NCBI GenBank assembly: GCA_018609055.1
Contig: JABAYJ010000003.1
Location: 25,457-89,456 of the forward strand
From: Flavobacteriales bacterium
Lineage (GTDB): Bacteria > Bacteroidota > Bacteroidia > Flavobacteriales_D > CAJJDF01
Reading direction: 5' to 3'
DNA length: 64,000 nucleotides
In this document: piece after piece, positions 9,619 through 17,701 of the stretch
Position numbering within the stretch: position 1 is the stretch's first letter
Layout: every line of letters begins with the position of its first letter
Translations under genes and position numbers: made by a program
The notes under the pieces: model-generated
Database searches by the model: none
Told to the model about the DNA's origin: nothing
What the model saw: the letters and a program-made list of their open reading frames with translations, nothing else

Positions 9619-10923
9619 ATGAACACAACAATCAAAAATTTTGGAATGCTGATTTTAACAGCAGGTCTGCTAACAACAACTGCCTGTAAAAAAGAAACTG
9701 GCTGTACTGATCCTAATGCAAGAAACTATAACCCTGATGCGGTTGAAGATGATAACAGTTGTGAAACTGTTCCTTACACAGTTACTACAACTGATATTAA
9801 TGGAGTTTCTTACGAAAGAGTTTCTGGAACATTTGATGAAAACTATACATTTACTAGCAGTAAAAAATGGTTATTGAGTGGAGGTATTTTTGTTGATGCA
9901 AACGCTACATTAACAATACAAGCTGGAACAGAAATATATGCAGCTGATGATCAAACTACTCCGTTTTTATCCATATTAAGAGGAGGAAAAATTAATGCAG
10001 TAGGAACAGCAACTAGCCCTATTGTAATGACTACAATTAAATCTGTTACTGGAACACCAGCTGCAGGTGATTGGGGAGGAATTATAATCAATGGGAATGC
10101 ACAAATAAATAACGGAACTGAAGCTGAAGGAGAAGGAGGAACTGGAAAATATGGTGGTTCTAATGATAACGATAACTCAGGTACTATAAAATATGTGAGA
10201 GTTGAATACGCAGGAAAGTTATTAGGAACAGACAATGAGCTAAACGGATTTTCTTTTAATGGAGTAGGAAGCGGAACAACTGTCGAATATATTCAGGCAT
10301 ACAGAGGTGCAGATGACGGAATCGAATTTTTTGGAGGAACAGTATCGGTAAAATATGCAGTGTCTACAGGAAATAAAGATGACTCATTTGATTGGACATA
10401 CGGATGGAGAGGAAACGGACAGTTTTGGGTTGTAAACCAAGAAGTTGGAGGTGGAGACAGAGGAATTGAAGCAGATAACAATGGAAACGATAATACGTTA
10501 TCTCCTTATTCTAACCCTACTATTACTAACGTAACTTTAATAGGAATTGACGATGGAGATGCTTCAAACACTGGAATGAGATTAAGAGAAGGAACAAAAG
10601 GAACAATCCATAATGCAATTGTTACAGGTTTTCCAAGTTCAGGAGTAAGAGTTTCTGATGCACAAACTACGACTAACATGACAAACGGTGAGTTGGCACT
10701 AAAAAACTCAAATGTGTTCACAAACGGAACTAACTTTAGAGATTGTGCAACTTTCTCTGGAGATATGACTAATTCAACTACAATTTTAACCTTAACGGGG
10801 TATGTTGGAACATCAACTACAAATGCAGCTGACCCAACTACTTTAGGTTCTTGGTTTTCTCCTGGAACATTTGTTGGGGCGGTAGAATCAACTAATGATT
10901 GGACTGCAGGATGGACTAAATAA
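9619..10923 (+). CDS. Surface lipoprotein of unknown function (Gly/Asn/Thr-rich, beta-helix-like repeats)
   Basis: ATG at 9619 gives MNTTIKNFGMLILTAGLLTTTACKK (lipobox). Short Cys-bounded motif CTDPNARNYNPDAVEDDNSC. Repetitive G-x-G/N-rich strands (DDGIEFFGGTVSV, DDSFDWTYGW, GIEADNNGNDN). Confidence 0.7.
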   Translation: MNTTIKNFGMLILTAGLLTTTACKKETGCTDPNARNYNPDAVEDDNSCETVPYTVTTTDINGVSYERVSGTFDENYTFTSSKKWLLSGGIFVDANATLTIQAGTEIYAADDQTTPFLSILRGGKINAVGTATSPIVMTTIKSVTGTPAAGDWGGIIINGNAQINNGTEAEGEGGTGKYGGSNDNDNSGTIKYVRVEYAGKLLGTDNELNGFSFNGVGSGTTVEYIQAYRGADDGIEFFGGTVSVKYAVSTGNKDDSFDWTYGWRGNGQFWVVNQEVGGGDRGIEADNNGNDNTLSPYSNPTITNVTLIGIDDGDASNTGMRLREGTKGTIHNAIVTGFPSSGVRVSDAQTTTNMTNGELALKNSNVFTNGTNFRDCATFSGDMTNSTTILTLTGYVGTSTTNAADPTTLGSWFSPGTFVGAVESTNDWTAGWTK

Positions 10924-10947
10924 ACCCAACCTAATTAAACCTAAAAA

Positions 10948-10981
10948 GGGTAGCGAAAATTAATTTCGCTACCCTTTTTTA
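10948..10981. terminator. Bidirectional rho-independent terminator
   Basis: GGGTAGCGAAA / TTTCGCTACCC perfect 11-bp stem, flanked by an A-run upstream and a T-run downstream. It sits between convergent genes. Confidence 0.8.
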
Positions 10982-10997
10982 ATTGTTAAAAATCCGT

Positions 10998-12206
10998 TTA
11001 GAAATGCAAATCTACTTGCATTCTATAAAATAATTTATCGTCTTTATTAAGTACATCTCTATAGCTTAAGTCAGCTTGAAATTTAAGCTTATGTCCTACC
11101 ACATATTTAGATAATCCAATAGTATACTCGTTTTCTTTGTTAGATGAAGTTGGCGACATGTAAGTAAATCGTGCAGAAGGTTCCCAGTTATTTTTTAGTA
11201 AATAACCAGCCTGTAAATTTACTGCTTGGCCTGTATAGTAAGCGCCAACCTGATTGTTATTTACATCAAAAACTCTGTTGTTTCCACCTCCTACTTCTCT
11301 AAGTGCATACTCGCCCATTAATGAGAAACTTCTGTATTTAAACATGAAGTCAGCAAAAAAGGTGTTTAATGTTTTAAGTTGAGTTGGAGCCACTTCAAGG
11401 AAATTTCCTAACTGCCCTCTATCTCTACCTGCTCTGTCGTTTATATCGTAAGCAAATCCAAATCCAAGTTTTGGTTTCTTCTCTCTTTTTAAGTCTCCTC
11501 CTTTGTAATCTCCTCCAGATTTAAACTTACCAAACGGCAACATTTCTAATCTAAAAGTATAGTCGTATCCACCAATGTTTCCACTAGTAATGTTTCTTCC
11601 TTCTCCTTGCGAAAAAGAAAAGATCTGCTCCATATAAAATTGTTTTCCAAACTTAGATTTATGTCTTAATTGGATTCCCATATCACGGTCAATGTTAAAC
11701 CTGCTATTCAATCTGCTTCGGTCTACCATTTGCATATTTGCAGACGAAACTACACGCTCTCTATTACCAGGAAGTTTAGTCTGTCCAGCCCACAACCAAA
11801 AATTTTTGGAGAAATTCCATTTAACTACAGCATCCAACATCAATCGAGATGCATTGCTATATTGTGGTAAATCACCACCACTCATATCTCTATTTGTGAG
11901 AGCTAGCTCTATTTTATATTGAACTTTAGGATTAAAAGCATATCCTTTAAATTTTAAACGAGATCTTCTCAATAAAAAATTAGAAGTGTGGTTGGATACA
12001 TTTCCAAAGTCATCTCCTACAACATCCCAGTTGTTGGTATATAAAGCTTGGAATCTCATTCCTACATTCATAGTAAATGAAGAATCTTTTGCAATAAAAT
12101 CAATTCCTTTTCCAAAACTATTAGTTTTAATCTGTGCTTGAGTCGGGTTAAATGCTGTGCATAAATAACATATAACTATAATCCCTGTCGTTTTCTTAAA
12201 ATTCAT
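10998..12206 (-). CDS. Outer-membrane porin, phosphate-selective porin O/P-like family
   Basis: Signal peptide ending AQ. MRFQALY...LLRRSRLKFKGYAF motif typical of Porin_O_P-like Bacteroidota porins. Alternating beta-strand pattern and terminal aromatic (VDLHF). Confidence 0.7.
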   Translation of the reverse strand: MNFKKTTGIIVICYLCTAFNPTQAQIKTNSFGKGIDFIAKDSSFTMNVGMRFQALYTNNWDVVGDDFGNVSNHTSNFLLRRSRLKFKGYAFNPKVQYKIELALTNRDMSGGDLPQYSNASRLMLDAVVKWNFSKNFWLWAGQTKLPGNRERVVSSANMQMVDRSRLNSRFNIDRDMGIQLRHKSKFGKQFYMEQIFSFSQGEGRNITSGNIGGYDYTFRLEMLPFGKFKSGGDYKGGDLKREKKPKLGFGFAYDINDRAGRDRGQLGNFLEVAPTQLKTLNTFFADFMFKYRSFSLMGEYALREVGGGNNRVFDVNNNQVGAYYTGQAVNLQAGYLLKNNWEPSARFTYMSPTSSNKENEYTIGLSKYVVGHKLKFQADLSYRDVLNKDDKLFYRMQVDLHF

Positions 12207-12298
12207 ATTAATAAATGGTTAATAAAAGTGTCCAAAACTAATTAAAATTAACATAGATTTTACGTTCCTTTGAGAAATGACACTTTGTTAATCTACAT

Positions 12299-12321
12299 TT
12301 AACATTAATTTAATATTGAAC
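12299..12321 (+). promoter_or_regulatory. Candidate response-regulator box: TTAACATT-aat-TTAATATT-gAAC
   Basis: Both 8-mers and the trailing AAC are identical to the box at 6634-6656. A weaker 8-3-8 copy (TTAACATA-gat-TTTACGTT) is at 12248-12266, followed by the same TTCCTTTG as at 6660. Confidence 0.45.
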
Positions 12322-12346
12322 TCCTGAAGGTTCGAAACATTACAAT

Positions 12347-12354
12347 TACTTTTG
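12347..12354 (+). promoter_or_regulatory. Bacteroidota-type -7 promoter box (TAnnTTTG)
   Basis: TACTTTTG lies 24 nt upstream of the ATG at 12378. Confidence 0.4.
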
Positions 12355-12377
12355 AAAAAAAGTATAATAAACTACTT

Positions 12378-14540
12378 ATGAAAAATCTAACTTTATTATT
12401 TTCATTCCTATTCACATTTGGTTTCTCGCTATTAGCGCAATCATCTGACAGTATTTTTAATGATTCTTTAGTGCAAGAGTCTGCCGAAGAGTTTGTTCCG
12501 GCTGCTGATATTTTACATAATATTTTTGCTAAGGAAAAAGAAGGTTCTGCTGATATTAGCTGGCTTATTGATTATGATGCAATGCCTAAATTAGAAAGTG
12601 CAGGGTACACAATCATCATTAAGTACAACACCAAAATTGGTGCAAAAAGAGATAAGGCAGGATTCAAAAATTCTGAATGGACAAAGGTTCATGACATTCC
12701 TCTTTCTTCTACTCATTTTAAATTGAAAAACTTAGCTGGTGGAGAAAAGTATGTATATAAAGTTGGAATTGAAAAGGGGGAAGAGCAGGTTTTTTCAGGT
12801 AAAATGAAATTTGAAACTGAGCGTCCTTGGGGATTGTTTAGAGTTTTAGTTCTTATTGGTGCTTTAGGAATGTTTATCTATGGAATGAAAGTGATGAGTG
12901 AAGGTTTGCAACAAGCTGCTGGATCTAGATTAAGAAAAATGCTTTCTTCTATTACTTCTAACAGAGTGAAAGGAGTATTAACTGGATTTGGTATCACTTC
13001 AATTGTACAGTCTTCTTCTGTAACTACTGTAATGACTGTAAGTTTTGTAAATGCAGGATTATTAACTCTTATGCAATCAGCAGGAGTAATGATGGGAGCA
13101 AACATTGGAACAACAATTACTGCTTGGTTAATTAACTTATTTGGATTTAAGGTAAGTATGGCAAATTATGCCTTAGTTATTATCGCAATTGGAGCACCAT
13201 TCTTGTTTTTTGGAAAGTCAAAGTTAAAAGCTTGGGCTGCAGCAATCATTGGATTTGCCTTATTATTTATGGGGTTAGGTGAATTAAAAGGTGCAGTACC
13301 TGGACTAGATGCTGATTCTCCTTTAGTTCAGTTCTTTGCCGAATACAACACTGGAAGTTTCTTAAGTATATTAATGTTTGTAGGATTAGGAACAATTGTA
13401 ACTGTGGTGATTCAATCATCATCAGCAGCAATGGCGTTAACAATGACACTAGTAGCAGCAGGAGTTATTCCTTTTGAGGTTGCAGCAGCAATGGTATTAG
13501 GTGAAAACATAGGAACAACTATAACAGCAGAGTTAGCTTCTTTAATTGGAAACGTACACGCGAAACGTTCTGCAAGAATTCACTCCATGTTTAATTTAAT
13601 TGGAGTGTTCTGGGCAATTTTATTAATGCCTTTTTTAATTGATGGTATTGTTTGGTTCATGGAATATATTGGCGCAGGAAACCCTATTCCAGAATATGCA
13701 GCAGATGGAAGTATCATAAAGAAAGATTCTTACAATACAGGAATTGCTATCTTCCACACAACATTTAACTTAGTGAACGTATTATTATTAATTGGTTTTG
13801 TACCTCAATTGGTAAGATTAGCTGAAAGAACAGTAAAATCTAAAGGAGAAGAAGACGAAGAATTCCACTTAGAGTTTATTAGTGCAGGAATGATGTCTAC
13901 TCCAGATTTATCTATTTCTGAAGCGAAAAAAGAAATGTTGAAATTTGGTAACATAGCTCAAAAAATGAACGGATACGTTTCAAGTTTGTTAGTTGAAAAA
14001 GACAATAAAAAAATCGCTAAACTTCTTAAAAAAGTAAAAAAATATGAGGAGATAACTGATAGAATAGAATTAGAAATTGCAGATTATTTAGCAAAAGTTT
14101 CTCAAGGAGAAATGAGTAATGAGACTTCGGTTAGAATTAGAGGAATGCTAAGTATGATTGGTGATTTAGAAAGAATTGGTGACATCTATTACCAAATTTC
14201 TAAAACTATCGAATCTAAACACGAAAAGAAAGTTTGGTTCAATCCTCAGTTTAGAGATTTATTAGTTGAAATGGTAAATACCGTAGACGAAGCAATGGTA
14301 ATTATGAACGAAAACTTAGCTGCAAACTACAGTACAGTAAAAATTGATGCTGCATTGTCTAAAGAAAAAGACATTAATGATTTAAGAGATAAAATTAGAA
14401 AGAAGCACTTAACTGAAATAGGTTCTTCTGAGTACGATACGGTAACGGCAACTTTCTACAGCAACATTTTCCACTCTTTCGAAAAAGTAGGAGATCATAT
14501 AATAAATGTAACTGAAGGTCTTGTTGGAAACATGGACTAA
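12378..14540 (+). CDS. Na+/phosphate cotransporter family protein (NptA/YjbB-like, PhoU-like C-terminal repeats) with extra N-terminal secreted domain
   Basis: Core motifs are present: GMKVMSEGLQ, QSSSVTTVM, GANIGTTITAW, second repeat QSSSAAMALT and GENIGTTITA. The C-terminus is helical and PhoU-like. Residues 1-149 are a signal peptide plus a beta-rich extension. Confidence 0.88.
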   Translation: MKNLTLLFSFLFTFGFSLLAQSSDSIFNDSLVQESAEEFVPAADILHNIFAKEKEGSADISWLIDYDAMPKLESAGYTIIIKYNTKIGAKRDKAGFKNSEWTKVHDIPLSSTHFKLKNLAGGEKYVYKVGIEKGEEQVFSGKMKFETERPWGLFRVLVLIGALGMFIYGMKVMSEGLQQAAGSRLRKMLSSITSNRVKGVLTGFGITSIVQSSSVTTVMTVSFVNAGLLTLMQSAGVMMGANIGTTITAWLINLFGFKVSMANYALVIIAIGAPFLFFGKSKLKAWAAAIIGFALLFMGLGELKGAVPGLDADSPLVQFFAEYNTGSFLSILMFVGLGTIVTVVIQSSSAAMALTMTLVAAGVIPFEVAAAMVLGENIGTTITAELASLIGNVHAKRSARIHSMFNLIGVFWAILLMPFLIDGIVWFMEYIGAGNPIPEYAADGSIIKKDSYNTGIAIFHTTFNLVNVLLLIGFVPQLVRLAERTVKSKGEEDEEFHLEFISAGMMSTPDLSISEAKKEMLKFGNIAQKMNGYVSSLLVEKDNKKIAKLLKKVKKYEEITDRIELEIADYLAKVSQGEMSNETSVRIRGMLSMIGDLERIGDIYYQISKTIESKHEKKVWFNPQFRDLLVEMVNTVDEAMVIMNENLAANYSTVKIDAALSKEKDINDLRDKIRKKHLTEIGSSEYDTVTATFYSNIFHSFEKVGDHIINVTEGLVGNMD

Positions 14541-14563
14541 CGAATAAAAAAACTAAAATCAAA

Positions 14564-14595
14564 ACCTCTTTTCTTAATTGAAGGGAGGTTTTTTT
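14564..14595 (+). terminator. Rho-independent terminator
   Basis: CCTCTTTTC / GAAGGGAGG stem (with G-U pairs) followed by a T-run. It overlaps the ruvC stop codon. Confidence 0.55.
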
Positions 14596-15145
14596 ATTTT
14601 ATCCTTTTTGGATTCTTGGCTGCAAAAGCTTTCCAACCAGTATAGCTTTCACCTTTCTCTCCTAAATCACCCTGAAAATAATGGCAAACTGCTGCTGCAA
14701 GTCCATCAGTTGCATCTAATCTTTTTGGTAAAGTTTTAATTTTAAGTAAAGTTTGTAGCATAGCTGCCACTTGTTCTTTACTTGCGTTTCCACTTCCTGT
14801 AACAGCTTGTTTTATCTTTTTGGGTAAATACTCCGTAATAGGAATATCACGATACAAACCTGCTGCCATTGCAACTCCTTGTGCTCGACCAAGTTTAAGC
14901 ATTGATTGTACATTTTTCCCAAAAAATGGAGCTTCAATCGCCAACTCATCTGGATGGTATTCATCAATGATACCGAGAGTTCGCTCAAAAATCTTTTTAA
15001 GCTTCATTGCGTGAGTTTCGTATTTGGTTAATACAATTTCACCAAAAGAAAGTAGAGTCATCTTATTCCCTTCTATTTTGATAATCCCATAACCCATTAT
15101 GGTTGTTCCTGGGTCAATTCCTAATATGATTCTTTCTTTAGCCAA
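14594..15145 (-). CDS. ruvC: Crossover junction endodeoxyribonuclease RuvC
   Basis: [17 protein letters not shown]-terminus, [15 protein letters not shown], and C-terminal [12 protein letters not shown] motif. Confidence 0.93.
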   Translation of the reverse strand: MAKERIILGIDPGTTIMGYGIIKIEGNKMTLLSFGEIVLTKYETHAMKLKKIFERTLGIIDEYHPDELAIEAPFFGKNVQSMLKLGRAQGVAMAAGLYRDIPITEYLPKKIKQAVTGSGNASKEQVAAMLQTLLKIKTLPKRLDATDGLAAAVCHYFQGDLGEKGESYTGWKAFAAKNPKRIK

Positions 15146-15273
15146 AAAATGATTCTTGTTTGTTCAAAGATAAGATAAAATCAGTTTGTTGAATTATTCT
15201 TTTATTCCCCTTTATTGTGGAATCCTCCCCAAAAACTGCTAATTTTACTCTTCAATTAAAAAAACAAACCCAC

Positions 15274-16803
15274 ATGTCTGACGATTTACTGAAAAAAGTA
15301 ATTTCTCACGCCAAGGAATATGGCTTTATCTTCCCTTCTTCTGAAATTTATGATGGCCTAAGTGCTACCTACGATTACGGTCAAAATGGTTCGGAACTTA
15401 AAAACAATATCAAAAAATATTGGTGGAAATCAATGGTGCAAATGCACGAAAACATTGTGGGAATTGATGCTTCTATTTTTATGCATCCAACCACTTGGAA
15501 AGCTTCGGGTCACGTAGATGCATTTAACGACCCTTTGATTGATAATAAAGATTCGAAGAAAAGGTATCGTGCAGATGTATTAATTGAAGAGCACGTAGAA
15601 AAAATTAGAGGTAAAATAAATAAAGAAGTTGCCAAGGGATTTAAGAGATTTGGTGATGATTTTGACGAAACAGAATTTCGCAAAACAAACCCAAATGTGT
15701 TAAGAAATGTTGCAAAAATTGAAGAAATTGAGCAAAAATTCAAAGATTCTTTAGGAAAAGACGATTTACCGGCTGTAAAAGAATTGATAGAAGAGTTAGG
15801 AATTGCTTGTCCTGTATCTGGTTCAAAAAACTGGACAGATGTAAGGCAATTTAACTTGATGTTTAGTACCGAAATGGGTTCTGTGGCCGAAGGAGCAAAC
15901 ACTATTTATTTACGTCCAGAAACTGCTCAAGGTATTTTTGTAAACTTCCTTAATGTTCAGAAAACTGGACGAATGAAAATTCCTTTTGGAATTGCCCAAA
16001 TAGGAAAAGCTTTCCGTAACGAGATTATTGCTCGTCAGTTTATCTTTCGTATGAGAGAATTTGAGCAAATGGAAATGCAATTTTTCATCAAACCAGGAAC
16101 ACAAAAAGAATGGTTTGAGTATTGGAAAAAAACGAGAATTAACTGGCATAATGCTTTGGGATTAGGAGAAGAAAACTATCGTTTTCACGATCACTTAAAA
16201 CTAGCTCATTACGCAGATGCTGCCACTGATATCGAATTTAATTTCCCAATGGGATTCAAGGAATTGGAAGGAGTTCATTCTCGTACCGATTTTGATTTAA
16301 AAGCACACGAAGAGCATTCAGGAAAAAAACTACAATATTTTGATCCTCAAGATAATAAAAGCTATGTTCCTTATGTAATTGAAACATCTATTGGATTGGA
16401 CAGAATGTTCCTTGCAATACTTTCTAATTCATTGAAAGAGGAAACTCTGGAAGATGGAAGTTCAAGAACTGTTCTTACTTTACCAGCTGCACTTGCTCCA
16501 ACAAAAGCAGTGATAATGCCATTGACTAAGAAAGATGGCTTGCCAGAAAAAGCAATGGAAGTAATGAACGAATTGAAATACGATTTCAATTGCCAGTATG
16601 ACGAAAAAGATTCTCCAGGGAAGCGTTATAGAAGACAAGATGCACTTGGAACTCCTTATTGCATAATGATTGATCACCAAACTTTGGAAGACAATACGGT
16701 AACAATCCGTGATCGTGATACCATGAAGCAGGATAGAGTTTCAATTACTGAATTGAATGCAATTATTGCTGAAAAAGTGAGTTTTAAAACTTTGTTGAAG
16801 TAA
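15274..16803 (+). CDS. glyQS: Glycine--tRNA ligase (homodimeric class II type)
   Basis: The track ORF starts at a GTG (15217). ATG at 15274 gives a family-typical N-terminus, MSDDLLKKVISHAKEYGFIFPSSEIYDGL. Class II motifs are present (FRNEIIARQFIFRMREFEQMEMQFF; GLDRM). Confidence 0.92.
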   Translation: MSDDLLKKVISHAKEYGFIFPSSEIYDGLSATYDYGQNGSELKNNIKKYWWKSMVQMHENIVGIDASIFMHPTTWKASGHVDAFNDPLIDNKDSKKRYRADVLIEEHVEKIRGKINKEVAKGFKRFGDDFDETEFRKTNPNVLRNVAKIEEIEQKFKDSLGKDDLPAVKELIEELGIACPVSGSKNWTDVRQFNLMFSTEMGSVAEGANTIYLRPETAQGIFVNFLNVQKTGRMKIPFGIAQIGKAFRNEIIARQFIFRMREFEQMEMQFFIKPGTQKEWFEYWKKTRINWHNALGLGEENYRFHDHLKLAHYADAATDIEFNFPMGFKELEGVHSRTDFDLKAHEEHSGKKLQYFDPQDNKSYVPYVIETSIGLDRMFLAILSNSLKEETLEDGSSRTVLTLPAALAPTKAVIMPLTKKDGLPEKAMEVMNELKYDFNCQYDEKDSPGKRYRRQDALGTPYCIMIDHQTLEDNTVTIRDRDTMKQDRVSITELNAIIAEKVSFKTLLK

Positions 16804-16823
16804 GATTTTCGATACTTATTAAA

Positions 16824-16857
16824 AGCTGTCATTCTGAACTTGATTCAGAATCTGAGG
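16824..16857 (+). repeat. Short intergenic hairpin repeat, GCTGTCAT family (copy A)
   Basis: AGCTGTCATTCTGAACTTGATTCAGAATCTGAGG, with internal stem TTCTGAA / TTCAGAA. Confidence 0.6.
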
Positions 16858-16882
16858 TTTTACGTTTGCTAATTTTAAATAC

Positions 16883-16914
16883 TAGATCCCAAGTCGAGCT
16901 TGGGATGACAAATG
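16883..16914 (-). repeat. Short intergenic hairpin repeat, TGTCAT family (copy B, inverted relative to A)
   Basis: The reverse complement reads CATTTGTCATCCCAAGCTCGACTTGGGATCTA, with internal stem TCCCAAG / CTTGGGA. Confidence 0.6.
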
Positions 16915-16951
16915 AGAAGAAAATCAATACTTTATTATAAATAGAAAACTA

Positions 16952-17695
16952 ATGAAAATAGCCTTAATCACAGGAGCAACATCAGGAATAGGAATGGCCA
17001 CTGCCAAGCTATTTGCTGCCAAAGGATACAAACTAATCCTCTGCGGAAGAAGAACCGAAAGATTGAACGAATTGAAAAATGAACTCAATACCGAAGTTCA
17101 TACTTTAACGTTTGATGTACGAAACAGAGAAGATGTTTTTAAGGCATTGGAGTCTATTCCTACTGAATTCAAAGACATTGATATCTTATTAAATAATGCT
17201 GGAAACGCCCATGGATTAAGCTCTATCCAAAACGGAAACTTAGACGATTGGGATGCCATGATGGATGGAAACGTAAAAGGATTGTTGTACGTTACCAAAG
17301 CAATCTTACCTAATATGATAGCCCGTAACTCTGGGTTTATTGTAAATATTGGCTCTGTAGCTGCCAAAGAAGTGTATCCTAATGGAAATGTATATTGTGC
17401 ATCTAAACATGCTGTGGATGCTTTAAGCAAATCTATGCGAGTAGATTTAGCGGGACACAACATTAGAGTTGCAGCCATTCACCCAGGAGCTGTAGAAACA
17501 GAGTTTAGTGAAGTAAGATTTAAAGGAGATACAGAAAAAGCTGCTGGAGTGTATCAAGGCTTTGATGCACTGCAAGCTCAAGACATTGCCGAAATTATTG
17601 AATTTATTACTTCGCGTCCAGGCCATGTAAATATTGAAGACTTGGTTGTTTATCCAACTGCTCAAGCAAATACAACTACCTTAACCAGAAAATAG
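16952..17695 (+). CDS. Short-chain dehydrogenase/reductase (YdfG-like NADP-dependent 3-hydroxy acid dehydrogenase type)
   Basis: TGATSGIG cofactor motif, NNAG, and catalytic Y-x3-K (YCASKHAV). Confidence 0.88.
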   Translation: MKIALITGATSGIGMATAKLFAAKGYKLILCGRRTERLNELKNELNTEVHTLTFDVRNREDVFKALESIPTEFKDIDILLNNAGNAHGLSSIQNGNLDDWDAMMDGNVKGLLYVTKAILPNMIARNSGFIVNIGSVAAKEVYPNGNVYCASKHAVDALSKSMRVDLAGHNIRVAAIHPGAVETEFSEVRFKGDTEKAAGVYQGFDALQAQDIAEIIEFITSRPGHVNIEDLVVYPTAQANTTTLTRK

Positions 17696-17701
17696 ATAAT
17701 T

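Noticed and set aside
16826-16832. The CTGTCAT head of the intergenic repeats equals the E. coli Pho-box half site.
   Set aside because: The copies are single half sites followed by unrelated hairpins. They are not 11-bp-spaced direct repeats, and they are not located at the phosphate-related promoters. I consider the match coincidental.
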